Positions 41,301 to 53,293 of a stretch of 64,000 bases of DNA are shown one piece after another. Source of the stretch: Bugula neritina. Its lineage: Eukaryota > Animalia > Bryozoa. The notes below the pieces were generated by a model, which worked only from the letters and a program-made list of their open reading frames with translations, made no database searches and had not been told where the DNA came from. Made by a program: the position numbers and the translations under genes. Position 1 is the first letter of the stretch. Each line of letters opens with the position of its first letter. Location of the stretch: positions 14,183,801 to 14,247,800 of the forward strand of contig OZ037767.1 of the NCBI GenBank assembly GCA_964035545.1, in the 5' to 3' direction.

Positions 41301-44300
41301 AAATACTAAAAATGAAGATTAATAGTATAAGAATGATGCAGTGGTTAATATTTTATTTCTGTTATGATTTATGAAAATAAAACTATTGTTGGTAAAGTAA
41401 ATCAATCTTGCTAGACGTTACAAATAAGCTGCACCCACAAAGATTTAAACTTTGGGTTAGACAAATTCGGCTGTGCAAATTATTAGCCTGCGTATCAATT
41501 TTTCATATGAGGTTTACTCTTATTAATTAGAATATAATTAGTCCTTCTTTGATTATGTATCAGGTATTTATACAGAGGGTTATACGAAACTAACTCAATT
41601 AGAAAGCTTATACTAGTGTCACATTAGTTTCCTCAAGTAAGAGTAAGATTTTTGGCTCTGGTAGCTGTCCAACTATGAAATTATTTCTCTACTGACAAAT
41701 CAAAATTTCTTTTTTTTGTCACTACAATACAACATGCTAAAGAGCAAAGCATTGGACAAAGCTTTATAAAAGAATTATTCACATTCATTTGACTGTCACT
41801 ATAATTAGCCCTCAAACGACATGTTTGAGCCTGTACCCACTGGATAGAGGGTAATTACAGTCTATAACTGCAAATGTCTAGCCTCAGTCACTTACTAAGT
41901 TTGTTGAATATGATTTTGACATAATTATGATTATCAGTGCAATGGTCTTTGTATTGTAACTTTGAAAAAAAACCTGAACTACCAGAAAAATATTAGTTCT
42001 TTAGCTGTAAGATTTGAACATTTTTTTGTTATTTAAAAAACTCACACAAGTTTATAGTCACTATCATTTATGGAAAGACTTTTTAAGTGGGCTGAGGACT
42101 TATTCATATTTGGCACAGGAGCAATTATGACTGGATGTTCTTCCTAACATCACTATGATGGCATTTACTGGGATTTGAACCCATGACCTTGTGATTACTA
42201 AGCCAACCCTCTAACCCCTAGACCACAGCAGCTCTTTAGTTATTGATGTTTTACCTTTATAGCAAAGAAGTATTTTAAAAAAACTATAAATTTTACTATT
42301 CATTTTTGAAAAGCATAAATTGTAATATTATTTAAAATTGGTGACTGAAAGTGAGTACTATAGAGTACCTGAGCTATGCTGTCAGGAGTTGACAGGCTAG
42401 TGTAGGTTCTAGAAAGTTCGTGGTAGGTCTGTTGGCCCTGGACCTGTGACAGACCTTGAACAGATCCTGGGTTTTCCATGCTTCTTTGGCTGGAAGGTAG
42501 AGCAACTCCATACTGGGCGTAGAGGTTCTCACTTCCATACTAAAAAGTCATCAACACAATATAATTATTGAGACCATAAAATACTAAACCTATGAAGTGC
42601 TACCACACAAATGAATGATACTATTTAGTAACAGAAATATGTTTTAAGTGCCTAGTGACTAGTTCTTGAAGTGAAAATGTGAAACAGACTGTTTACTTTC
42701 GGGAAAATTTCTCAAAGTCACTCAATATTAAACTTATGAAATATCTGGAATTCTTGCATAATTATTAAGCTATGCAAATCATATCAAAAATATATAAGTC
42801 TCAAATATGGAAATATAATAAGTAATTGCAGTAGAATTTGGGGTATTATTTTCAAAACATAAAAAAACCAAAAGTTGACAACAAATTTAACAGTAACCAT
42901 TATAGCACAAAAACAGTGTCTGTTTAAGTGCCTTGCTCTTGAACTGAGTCATAACGTCATTACGAAATCTTTTGTTAGTTTCCCAGAAGTAGTAGCTATT
43001 CTAACTAGTATCATTTTGAAACTGTTGCAGTTTGAAAATGCAGATGCAGGCTGTCAACAGCTGACATAGAGTCAGCTGACTTTAGTTGATACAATGCTGA
43101 CTCAAGATAACCTAGCTAGCTAATGAGCATACTGTCGCCAGTTCTAATTTGCCTGTTTATGCACTGAGGAATTAGGTTTGCATACTGTCTTTCATATGCC
43201 CAGTTTTGTGGTGAATATGTGGCCCCTAGTTGAAAGACGAGTTCAAAATTCAGTTGAAACATAGTTTTCTCTATCTAACAAACTGTAAAACCAGTTATTA
43301 GGGTTAAATACGAGTTATAATTAGACAATTTCTGTTGATTAGATAGATATTAACCACAAGCCTTATCAGCCTATACTGATATACTCCTATTGTAATAGGA
43401 TACGAGTTTTTCCCATTAAAATCCTACACCCTCCCTTCATCAGATGAGTTGCATTCATTAACTAGGTGTTTATCATTGGTGACTATCAATGTCGCATTTG
43501 GCTTTATTATTTCAGTCACACAATCCTTACAATATTTCATACAACAGTTACATAAGAATAATGAGAATTTAGCATTAGTATAACAACATAGAATTCAGCG
43601 TTGAAAAGGTCTTCTCATGGTTGTTATGTAGTCTTTAGAAACCTCTCAAGTAGTTAACATTCATTACTCAATAGGGCAGTACATTAAATTAAAAAAAAAC
43701 TTAAAATTGCACTCAAAAACTGCAACTACTGAATTAGCTAAGACTCTGCTTACTGAACATTGTAGGAATGAGACTGAAGATAAAACTGTTATGTGATTAA
43801 ATACCAAGTAATAATATTTTTAACAGTTAGCTGTTTTATTAATAAAAGTGTTTGAAAGAGTACACTAAAAGTAATTCCTTTCAATAAAAATGCAGACATG
43901 AAATGGAGATAAATAGATGATTCAAGAAATAAAATATGGCGTTTTGTACTCTTTAGACATACTGATTAGCTGATTCAATGTTCACAATGCTCAAAACGAA
44001 CTTTTAATGACTGAAAATTTAAAAATTACAGAAAGTTATGAACATTAAACCATATCTTTTGCATCTACTTTATGAGTTATTATTATTGGGAAAGTTTTTA
44101 TTGTAGCCATTAAAATGCTGCAAGCTAAGAAAAACAAGATGATTGGAAAAGCACAGCTTTTAACAGCCTGACTATTTACCTAAATAGTTGTAATAATAGT
44201 TCTAGTATATAATATATATTAATATATATTACATCACTGAGACATAAAAGCTGATTGCAATGAAATATGGCAACTAACTGCATAATGATACTATACCATC

Positions 44301-45459
44301 TAATAAAATATTAGTAGCAAATATGTTTTAAAGAAAAACGGTAGCAGAAGCCAGATTGATAGTAATAATAGGTTTGCAAATTAAAGAAATAAGAAAACTG
44401 GAATTGAGACTCTAATAACCTGAGGAAATAGAAGATTATAGGTATTTTATAAGCAGGAACCTGTTCACACTACAGTATAGGTATTTTAAGGTGAAAGCAA
44501 AACCGTAGAATTTTTGCTAGCTCTAGTTCCTAGCAAATAGTTGTAGCATGAAATGTTGTATAATTACAAAATATAACAATCTCGCACCAAACCAAAATGA
44601 CAAAAATAAAAATTGTAAGCCTAAAGCTAAGTAAGAATTGATATCCTTGTATTTAACAGAAGTACCATCAAGCACTAAAATGTTATTTTTAATTCTGCCC
44701 ATGATATTATATTACAGTGTATTATTATACAAGCATGATAATTTAGCTGAAGAAAACAGCTACAGCAGTTGGGTAAAATATAAACACACATTCCCTGTAA
44801 AACTAAAATAATTTACTAACAGAAGAGAAATAGGGTAAACAGTTTAAAAACATGAATCTTCCTCAGGAAATTTGACAAAATATGATACTTTGTTATAAGT
44901 TAACAAATGCAGTTCAGCTCAAAGTTTTGTCCTTGTTCCAATGTTATTTAAATTTTGTTTCAAAAAGCTATCTCTTTATTATAATATTGTCATTTGAAAA
45001 CTGTAAATGCTAAATGCTTACCTTTTCTATTAAAAGAAGGAAGCCTTTGCACTTAGCTAGGAGCACAAAGTTGATGAAATAAATGAACCAACTAGTTATA
45101 GCAAGTGATTGAAAATAAAAGCTCACTAATAGGGTTGTCTATTTGAGTAGTTAAATAGAAAGGGTACAGATCAAGGCTTGTCATGTTTACTTTAACACTT
45201 AATGACAAGGGATGTCAACAAGATATGACAAGCCATGTCAGGTTAGATGGATATATGACAGGTTAGAAGATATATGTAATATGACAGTTATATAGACCCA
45301 TTAAACATGTTTACAAGCATTAAATAAATCAACAGAGATATGCTATAATTTATTCACTTACTACAACTCATTTACTCATTTAGGTTGGTGTGCTCCGAGT
45401 CATAAAGAACTTACCCCTGCTGCCGATGATGGCATGCTGACCGAATGATGAGTGTCCAT
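20309..45459 (-). CDS. Meis: Meis/homothorax TALE-class homeobox transcription factor, 12 coding exons, ~495 aa
   Basis: Exons 45459-45415, 42539-42369, 41002-40896, 39248-39110, 38414-38364, 37605-37555, 33459-33289, 30689-30452, 24374-24220, 23563-23487, 21046-20898, 20442-20309 (TGA), phase-consistent. MEIS domain [76 protein letters not shown]; TALE homeodomain [53 protein letters not shown]. First two exons are less certain than the rest. Confidence 0.95.
25633..25783 (-). mobile_element. SINE family A, copy 4 (lacks tRNA head)
   Basis: Tail and body match family A; similarity stops after ATGGCCTTTGT. Confidence 0.75.
26098..26209 (-). mobile_element. tRNA-like repeat family B, copy 2
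   Basis: rc TGTAGTGTTG..GCCCCTGTGGTGTAATG..GCTTGCAAGCC..GGTTCGAACCC..GTGGAGGCAAATATTTTACA. Confidence 0.7.
28736..29000. repeat. Degenerate ~17-bp tandem repeat
   Basis: AACTAGTAGTGAAATAG-like units. Confidence 0.65.
37835..38100. repeat. Purine-rich degenerate simple repeat (AGGGT/GTAGG)
   Basis: Direct inspection. Confidence 0.6.
40175..40283 (-). mobile_element. tRNA-like repeat, diverged relative of family B
   Basis: rc TGTAATGTTTG..GCTCTTATAGCTCGATGG..GGTTCGACTCCAGCTAGAGTAATTTATTTTACA; A/B boxes and the same flanking motifs. Confidence 0.5.
42035..42233 (-). mobile_element. SINE family A, copy 5 (Meis intron 2)
   Basis: AAAACTCACACAAGTTTATAGTCAC...CTTCCTAACATCAC...CCCCTAGACCACAGCAGC on +. 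Confidence 0.8.
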
Positions 45460-45600
45460 GTTCGAATTGACAGCTTTATTAGTAAATGACAGATATTGTT
45501 GAAAAAACGTATGACTAATCCAGTTTGACAATGCTGGTCAGGTTCTACACACATACATGCAGTGCAGTAACCTTGCCTTGCCTGTCAATTTCCTGACAAC
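45179..45600. promoter_or_regulatory. Cluster of TGACA (TALE/Meis-type) cores around Meis exon 1
   Basis: Seven TGACA/TGTCA in 45179-45286 and five more in 45467-45600. Confidence 0.5.
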
Positions 45601-45809
45601 TCTGTCTACCAGTGATGGCTGATGAGTTTGAAGTGCAGGGCACAAGGCTTCGAGCCGAGAGTTTTATTTTATTTGTGATAAGTTGGTATTGCGAGTTGAA
45701 CCAACTGCTAGTCTGCATAAAACATACTATTTGCTATTTTTGATTTAGGCATTAATTAGCCAATAGGAAGGCAGATACATTAAAAAGCTTCTGCCAATCA
45801 TTGATGTAT

Positions 45810-45823
45810 GTTTCCATAGCAAC
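45810..45823. promoter_or_regulatory. RFX X-box in the putative Meis promoter, beside two CCAAT boxes
   Basis: GTTTCCATAGCAAC fits GTNRCC(N0-3)RGYAAC-type consensus; AGCCAATAG (~45758) and GCCAATCA (~45793) adjacent; ~350 bp upstream of the Meis ATG. Confidence 0.55.
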
Positions 45824-47458
45824 GGGTTAATGGCTTGAGCATAATATTATTATCCGAAATAAGCTCTGAAGAATATAGAACATCATGACTGACCCATTTA
45901 TGGGTTCTATAGCTGTATACATTGTGGAAGAACGCTAGCAGAGTATTACTAGAGAATATGTGACCCAGGGTATAAATGCAGAAGATATTCTACCTAATAA
46001 ATCCTACCTATGAAAGAAATACAATGCTTTAAGCACATGAATAGGGCACATGAAGTATGGGGACTAATTAGCAAATATTCCATGTTACAAGAATAATGGG
46101 TGTTCAAGAGACATGGTGCCCTGTAGCCATTGAGGTTGTCATTAGAAATTACCATCAAAATGGTGTAATTGGGCAATAATAACTGTACTGAATAGAATAG
46201 ATGAATTGATAAGCTACTGATAAATGCTAATTGATTAATAGCTAAACTATTATTCCATGGCTGGCTGTTGCCAGTAGGTATGCCATGCATGAAATATTTG
46301 AGCGTTCTGCACAAAGAAACTTCATGGCAATCTTATGAAGTTTTGAAATTTTAAGGTGCATATATAATAAAAATATTACAGTATATGCAGAATTCAGAAA
46401 TGCTGCTTAATTAAACTAATATAGGTATAGCAAAAATAATTGTATGTGTGCATTTCGAAATGATTGCAATTGCTTACTGACAGACTAGATTTTATTTTTT
46501 CACAAAATTATGACAAATTTTGCTATTTATATCATGCTATTATGCTACCTGGTTAACCTTTATTATACAATGAAGAGTTATTTACAGGTTGCGACAACTC
46601 CAAATAATCTTGCTTGCTTCAATAAGTAATTCAAGTGTTCCACAACAAGTATTTGTTTAATGGGAAAATAAATCCAAATAATACTGTACTCTTGTATTTA
46701 TAATTGACAGCATGACTAATGGATAAAGGTCATCAAGACCTACACTGCAAAATATTACCCTAAATTCCTTTAATTGATTAAAAGTACTATAGTGAGTATG
46801 GGACAGACAATTTGAATGACAACATAAAGTTCAATTATCTGCTATAATGTTCTGAATTGATTAAAATATTATATATTATTGATATATTCAATTGATGCCA
46901 TGATGCAATTGGTAAATTAATATTTTTAGGGATCTCTCAATTCAGTGGATAAAGCTTCTTTCTAATATAATATATTATAAACATCTAAGTTGTTTATGAT
47001 TGGTTGGAAATACACTACATAACACAATATTATGATGCCTGGCTTTAAACACCCATGTTGTTACATCCTATATTACATAGGATACTAAATGCCAGGAGCA
47101 GACAACTTTAATGAAACTTTTTTTCAGAAGTATAACAAGTGTTTTTATATCATAATGTTGTATTATATTAGAATAGTTTGTTTAGATCTAAGATCTTGAA
47201 ATTTCCATGAATAAATTAACAGACTTTGTGTAAATGTTGCATCAAACAGTGTTGAATGGAACAATAATTACAAATTTAAAAATATACTATATTTAATATA
47301 GTATAATTCTCATTTTATTAAAAATGAGTTATAATATTTTGACTGTTCGAGATACTTAAGCAGTTCAAGTCAAAAAGTACAGATCATGTAGATAAATAAT
47401 TATATGCATTCGATAAGACTTATGTTTGGGAAAAACATTTGAAAAGAAGCTAATTTGT

Positions 47459-50400
47459 CTATTTAGAGCGAGAGAGTTTGACCTTGAAAGGGTTGCGAGA
47501 TGACTTGTTATTAAGGAGTAGCCTCTGAGCATACTCTGCTGAGTACCTGACGCTAGCGGGTAGCCTCAGCTCCTCCATATAACCAGCTTGCTTCTGCTCA
47601 AACTTTAGCATTACTGAGGGGTTGGTGTCTAACGTACGCAGGTATATACCCTGCACGACATGCTGGTTTGGAACTCCGTGCTCCTGGTCAACATCGTCTC
47701 GGAAGACTACCAGAGCAAACTCTTTTCCTGTAAATTATTAAACACAAATTCTGTTAGATTGATGTAAATAAAGAAATAAAATTTAGTTTTGCTGATAAAA
47801 ATACAAAAAACTAAAAGAAAGTGGAATTTTGGTTTAAGATGTAAATTTCTGAATAAAATTATGCTGCACTTGGTAAATTTTTATGATCCAATGGAATTGG
47901 AGCTTTTATTTAGACCAGTGCTGATATATGATATTTTTACTGGTATAGACAATTTACACTGACCTATAAGAGCCATGTTATTGGAGCTGTCGTATAAAAC
48001 CTTTTCGACTTTCATCTGACGAAAATGAAGTTGGAATCGTCGATTTCCCTTTGGCGCGCGATGATGTTCATAAAGCTCAACGCTCATCTGTGACGTCCCA
48101 CAAGATAGTTCACCAATGTTGATCCTCAGCAACAGCCTTGTTACATTGCTGAGTAGAATATCATGCTCTAAGAAGAGAATAAGGAGACAGTAAAAATGTG
48201 TACTAGATTTTGAAAAATTGAAAACTAAAAAAAAGATTAGCTATATGGGTAGAGTTAGCAAAATATTATATTGTACAGCGTTCCCTCCGTACTTCATTGA
48301 GCTGTGAGTCCCAAAACACCAGATTTAACTCATGGATTTGTTAAACTCAGCATTTTTTTCTTATACACACATACATAAGCCCTTCTCATAACCATTGAAA
48401 ATTTGTGAAAATAATTAAACTGCAAGATATGGAGGGAGCACTGTACAATATAATACCCTCTATAGATGTATCATTATTAAATATGATGTGCACAGTGTAT
48501 CATCATATCATAATATTATTTTTGGTTGCTTTACTATGCTTTGTCGTCTGTAAATTATCATATCAAAAGAATAGAGAGTAGCGGAATGGAAATAGACCGT
48601 GTTACATGCAATAGGATAAGTTCTCTGAAGCGTTGGAAGTTCGTGAAAATAGATCCATGAGATATGGAGGGAGCACTGTATATTATATAATATAATACAA
48701 ATAGCCAAAACCAAAGAAAACACATATTATCACAAGTGATTGAAATGAATGAACAAACTAACCAGGATAACTATCATGTTTACTATCTGGCATTGAGCTC
48801 TTCTTGTGTTTTAGCGAAAGTTTAAGAGTTTTATTTAGCTGACAGTGAAGACTGTTTGGTAACTTTGGAGCACAGCTTCTTATAGTTCTGTCTTCCAAAA
48901 GCTCGCAAAATTCCTACAACAAGAAGTTCCCAAATGAATATAATAATTTCACTAATTTGTGCATTAACTTAAAGTATCATAATATTGATTAAATTGATTT
49001 GTCTATTATATATTGTGTGGCCCTAATTCTGTTCTGTGCAAATAACGTGCACATGTCATAGTTGTAAGTTTGTGTAGGTTTGTGTGTACACTGGTCACCT
49101 GTTCTCTTTCAACACATAATATTCTTGTTGTTTTTGCAACACAACACAACACATAACAATATATGAATGGGAATTCATTCAAAAGTTAATATTTTTGACT
49201 AGTTACTTATGTAAGATAATAAAGTAAAATAAACCAATATAATGCGAAATTAAATTACATACCATTGTCTTAGCCACATTCTGTTCTTTTTTCAAATCAG
49301 ATATGCTAATCCAAAATGGATATTTCTGTATATTGCCTTTGATATCTAGCCTCGAGTTTCCCGCACTCAAAGCTGACTTCCTTAAAATTTTTTTAATGAC
49401 AAATTCAAACTCTTGCTTTGAGAAGCCGACAATTGGAGCTTCAGTCTAAAAGAGAACGGAGTGAAATATTTTTGGTGCAAAGTTTTGTATGAAAAAATCT
49501 TGGTTGATATGCTAATAGCATTAAGTAGTTTGCTAATCTCGTAATGCGTTTAATGTATATAATATTTGATCAGAAATGAATTGTCTGTTATACACTTAAT
49601 AGTTGGGTGACTGTCACATGTAAATTATGCTTTGAGAACCTTAAAACAACACGCAGATACACATATTTTTTGCCGCAAAATAAGACTGTATGTATATTAT
49701 AGATTAGTCAAAACAATTGTGTTTTCCACATGCTGCAGAAAGAAAATTAAACATAGTTTGACACAAATTTTAATTCCTATTAGTGCAATAAAATTTGTAT
49801 CAAATTTTTTCAGTAACGTCATTTGATCTCTATTTTACGTGACAAAATAACCTAACACTAGGTAAAAAATGCAGCATTTGGTCTTTTCAATTAGAAGTAA
49901 TGCCATCAACGACTTTTGAGAATAATTAGGCTAGGGCCACACAGCGGGGTTGTTTTTGCATGCGGCTCCAAATTCTTGAAAATCCATCCCAGGAACAACC
50001 TGGTTGTACATGAAGAAATTTATTAGCTAATGATCTTGGCGGTAGACTTTACTGCTTGCCTACAGGCATTTGTTTTTAACCTATGTCACAGCAAAGCAAC
50101 TTTAGATATTTTAAAAGCGGAAAATGCCAACTATATGAAACTGTGTTAATTCAGTTCGCTAAAAGTCAGCCAATTAGATTAGACCCGCACGAGCTTTCTG
50201 TACTTTCCGCTTAGCATGTTATCCGCTTAAAAATTTGTACACAACAGCCCATTTTTAATTGGACTAGATGGGTGCTCTTCATGTAGTCCGTCCGAGGAAT
50301 TTGCGTTGTGTGGCCCTAGTAATAATAGAAAGATCACATAATGGCATTTCTCGCTTTGCAAATAGATGCTCTCATGGATTACTTTGCAATGTGGCTAGGG

Positions 50401-50631
50401 TTTGCATGAACTTGTGTTAGTGCATTCATTCGAAGCAACTGTTTCTAAACATCGAATGAAAGATCCGTTCAAATTTAATGTGACATAATGTAAAGCTTGG
50501 AAACATAGCGTGTAAAATACCAAGACTTCACATTCTTCAAACACACTTGATGATGACCTAGAAACTCTCACCTTGACCTCTTCAGAGTTGTGTGCATTGC
50601 GGGACGAGCGCAAGCTCAGGCGAGATCCCAT
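47459..50631 (-). CDS. Uncharacterised protein, 5 exons, ~288 aa, N-terminal MGxxxS myristoylation-like motif
   Basis: Exons 50631-50572, 49445-49263, 48913-48763, 48167-47964, 47727-47459 (TAG); all GT-AG with pyrimidine tracts, joining into one 867-nt open frame. No family recognised. Confidence 0.75.
48276..48443. mobile_element. Tc1/mariner(pogo)-type MITE; a second right end lies at 48657-48678
   Basis: TA|CAGCGTTCCCTCCGTAC...GATATGGAGGGAGCACTG|TA: imperfect TIRs with TA flanks. Confidence 0.55.
49934..50316. mobile_element. MITE with GGGCCACACA terminal inverted repeats
   Basis: CTA|GGGCCACACAGCG...CGTTGTGTGGCCC|TAG; an isolated matching end TGTGTGGCCCTA also at ~49014-49025. Confidence 0.6.
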
Positions 50632-51519
50632 ATTCACGGAATCATAACCATTTTTAGTCAAAAAATAAAAGAAAGATATTGAAATGTCTGTTAGATGATA
50701 AATATGTAAGGAAATATGTAACAATGGATGCACTATGTCATTATATCGTAACTGAATATACTTTATATACTTTGAATTAGAACTTTCCCTATTTCTCATA
50801 CTTTGTAACATATGGCATATTATTATATCATATGATGCAAAAATAACTGTTAATACAAATTTATGGATATGTTAAAGCTGGCGAGCACAGAATGGGGAGT
50901 GGATGACTCAATAGGGAAAGGGGGTGACTTGGGATTACTATAAATATAACATAAACAGGTAGGGTTTGACAAAATTGGTGAAAATGGAAGTAATGATTAA
51001 TTTTATATTTCTGAACAAAGCAGTTTTAAATTCTATAGGTAGTTCATAATGCAAAAGCCATTGCGTAAACAATCACAAGTAGGGGAGAGGAGGACTATAG
51101 GTTGAACCACAGGCTAGTCGAACCACATGCTTTAAATTTTCTCTTTTAAACCATTGCACTATTTTACCTCCTTTACTTAAAAGCGATTTAGATGTCTTGA
51201 AACATATAAAGTCAAAGCAGAAGCTTACAGGTGAGCGAGTCTTTTTCACAATTTTTGCTTGAAGAGATGAGCAAACTACACAATTTTTTTTCATAAAAAG
51301 TTGTAAAGCTTCTCAAACGTGTAATTGTCAACATGATTTCAAAGCTGGACAATGACCTGAAGTTGCAGAGATATCTTATTCACATCAGATATTGACAATG
51401 ATTTGTAGCATGACAGTGTGAGGCTAGTTGAACCACATAGAAAATGGGGCGAGTTGAACCAGGTACAACTCGCCCCACTAATTATTTTTACTATGTTAAT
51501 TACAACGGAGCACGCCAGT

Positions 51520-51919
51520 TGTTATAACAGGATATGTAGTTTGGAGTTATTGCAACTCACTGAATAATATAATTGGGTAGTAGCCGTCAGGTGAGCTCGG
51601 GGTCAGTATGCAGGCACGGGTTGCTTGTCTCAGCTGCGAGGTAACTCCAGCTCCTGTCAATCTGTAGGGGTGAAGTTGAGACTCCGGATTGGGGTATATG
51701 TCTGTGGGTGCTCTGCCGTTGATGATCCTGGGCTAGCACTCACTAACACACCCTAACTCATTCTATTCTATTCAGGCTTATATATCATCTTCTTTCCACA
51801 ATCTTCAATCATTTAATTCACTCAATCTTCTTACAATCTCTCATACACACTCTGTTTTATATCTCCAACACTCACACAAGCCACACCCACACTATATGTT
51901 TGTTGATGTAAATATCACA
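51520..51919 (-). mobile_element. Probable solo LTR (~400 bp)
   Basis: TG...CA ends with short inverted termini (TGTTATA / TATCACA), near-matching 4-bp flanks CAGT/GAGT, TATA-like TATATAAG on -, GC-richer core than the surroundings, no ORF. Confidence 0.55.
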
Positions 51920-52259
51920 GAGTTGTGCACTCCCTATACACACAAGAGTAAAAGAAGACAACTACAATTAACTTACAAATTATTCAGATGTAACATAGTT
52001 TTTACAGTTAAATTTATATTTTTCTTAATTAAAATCTTTCTGCCATGTCAATATATAAATTCAAGCATACATTTAGTCTTAGAACAAATGAAAATATAAG
52101 TCAACAGTGCAATTAAACTATTCTGCAAATGTTTTCAGAATTGTGAAAAAATACATACGGAAACAAACAAGGAAACAAAGAAGGAAAAATGAAAACATGT
52201 GGTAAAGCAAAGCAGAAGTATAAGTCATTGCTGAGAGCCCTTTAACAAAGTTAGTTACT

Positions 52260-52365
52260 TGTAAAATAATTGCCTCCACCGAGATTCGAACCACAGACCT
52301 CCGGCCTGCAAGCAAGCACGTTAAACCATTACACCACAGGGGCTGCTGGGTTACACAACACTACA
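52260..52365 (-). mobile_element. tRNA-like repeat family B, copy 3
   Basis: rc TGTAGTGTTGTGTAACCCAGCAGCCCCTGTGGTGTAATGG..CTTGCAGGCCGGAGGTCTGTGGTTCGAATCTCGGTGGAGGCAATTATTTTACA. Confidence 0.7.
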
Positions 52366-53293
52366 ATTATGTGTATGTCCCGATGTCAAATGAGAAGACC
52401 CCACTTCATATCTGCAACTTGCTTACGGATGAATTACAGAAACACAACTTTTAAAAGTTTTCCTACCAGTTTGCTGCTGCTGATTAGGTTTTAAAACATC
52501 TGCTGTATTGATAACTTTTTAGATGGTATATGGTTCCAATGACATATCACATCCAGTGTTTCTGCTATTTGTTTATGCCAATTTATGTTTAATTTTCCTT
52601 TTGTTTTTTGTTGGTAATTATTGGTATTTTTCAGCTCGCTAAATAGTTACAACAATTTATATTACAAGAAAGATAGCAATAGTTTAACTTTCCCTCGTTC
52701 GAGGCATATTGTGCCAAAAAAAAGTACAAGCAGAAAATTGGCTTGGTCTCAAGAAGTAAAATGTTTACACATTTGGTTTTAATAGACAAAGACAAGAAGA
52801 TATGACTAATTTGCATGGTGCTGGTCTTTGGAGTGGCAATCATTTTCTTCAAAATCTATGTCAAATACACAATATATATTTATAAGTCCAAAAATATATT
52901 ATTTGAATTTACACTGTGAGAAACTTGTTGATAACGTAAAGCAAAGAAATAACTTTGATGTACATATTTCTGTATTAAAAAGCTTCAAGTTTTATCCTCA
53001 AATAAAAGGAAAGTTTGACTTGATAATCAAGTTTTATTAAAAAAGTTGAATTTTCGACTTACAAATTCTAAATAAAATCATATTTAAACATTTTTTTAAT
53101 GTTTTAGTTCATCAACAAAAAGCATATTATATGCAACAATGTCTGCGTGACATGAATTTACAGCAAAGAGCTGTAAATATTCATGCTCAAGATGGAAGTT
53201 ATCCCCCTTGATTTCCCAGTAGTAGAACAACACTGACCGTCTTGTACATTACCTAATAACCTAATACTGCCGAAAGAGGTTCTACAACATTTC

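Noticed and set aside
48030-48140. Cyclophilin-like look of RINIG..VELYEHHRAPKGNRRF in the orphan gene
   Set aside because: Downstream cyclophilin motifs (FHRII, QGGD, SMAN, SQFF) are absent; similarity too short.
51081-51478. Possible DNA-transposon remnant with GGGGCGAGTTG..CAACTCGCCCC hairpin
   Set aside because: Termini and target duplication could not be defined.
51570-51740. GC-rich segment as ribozyme or ncRNA
   Set aside because: No complete hammerhead (CTGATGA..GAAA) or HDV-like core found; solo LTR explains it better.
52270-52342. Functional tRNA-Ala(TGC)
   Set aside because: Acceptor, anticodon and T stems are mismatched; belongs to dispersed repeat family B.
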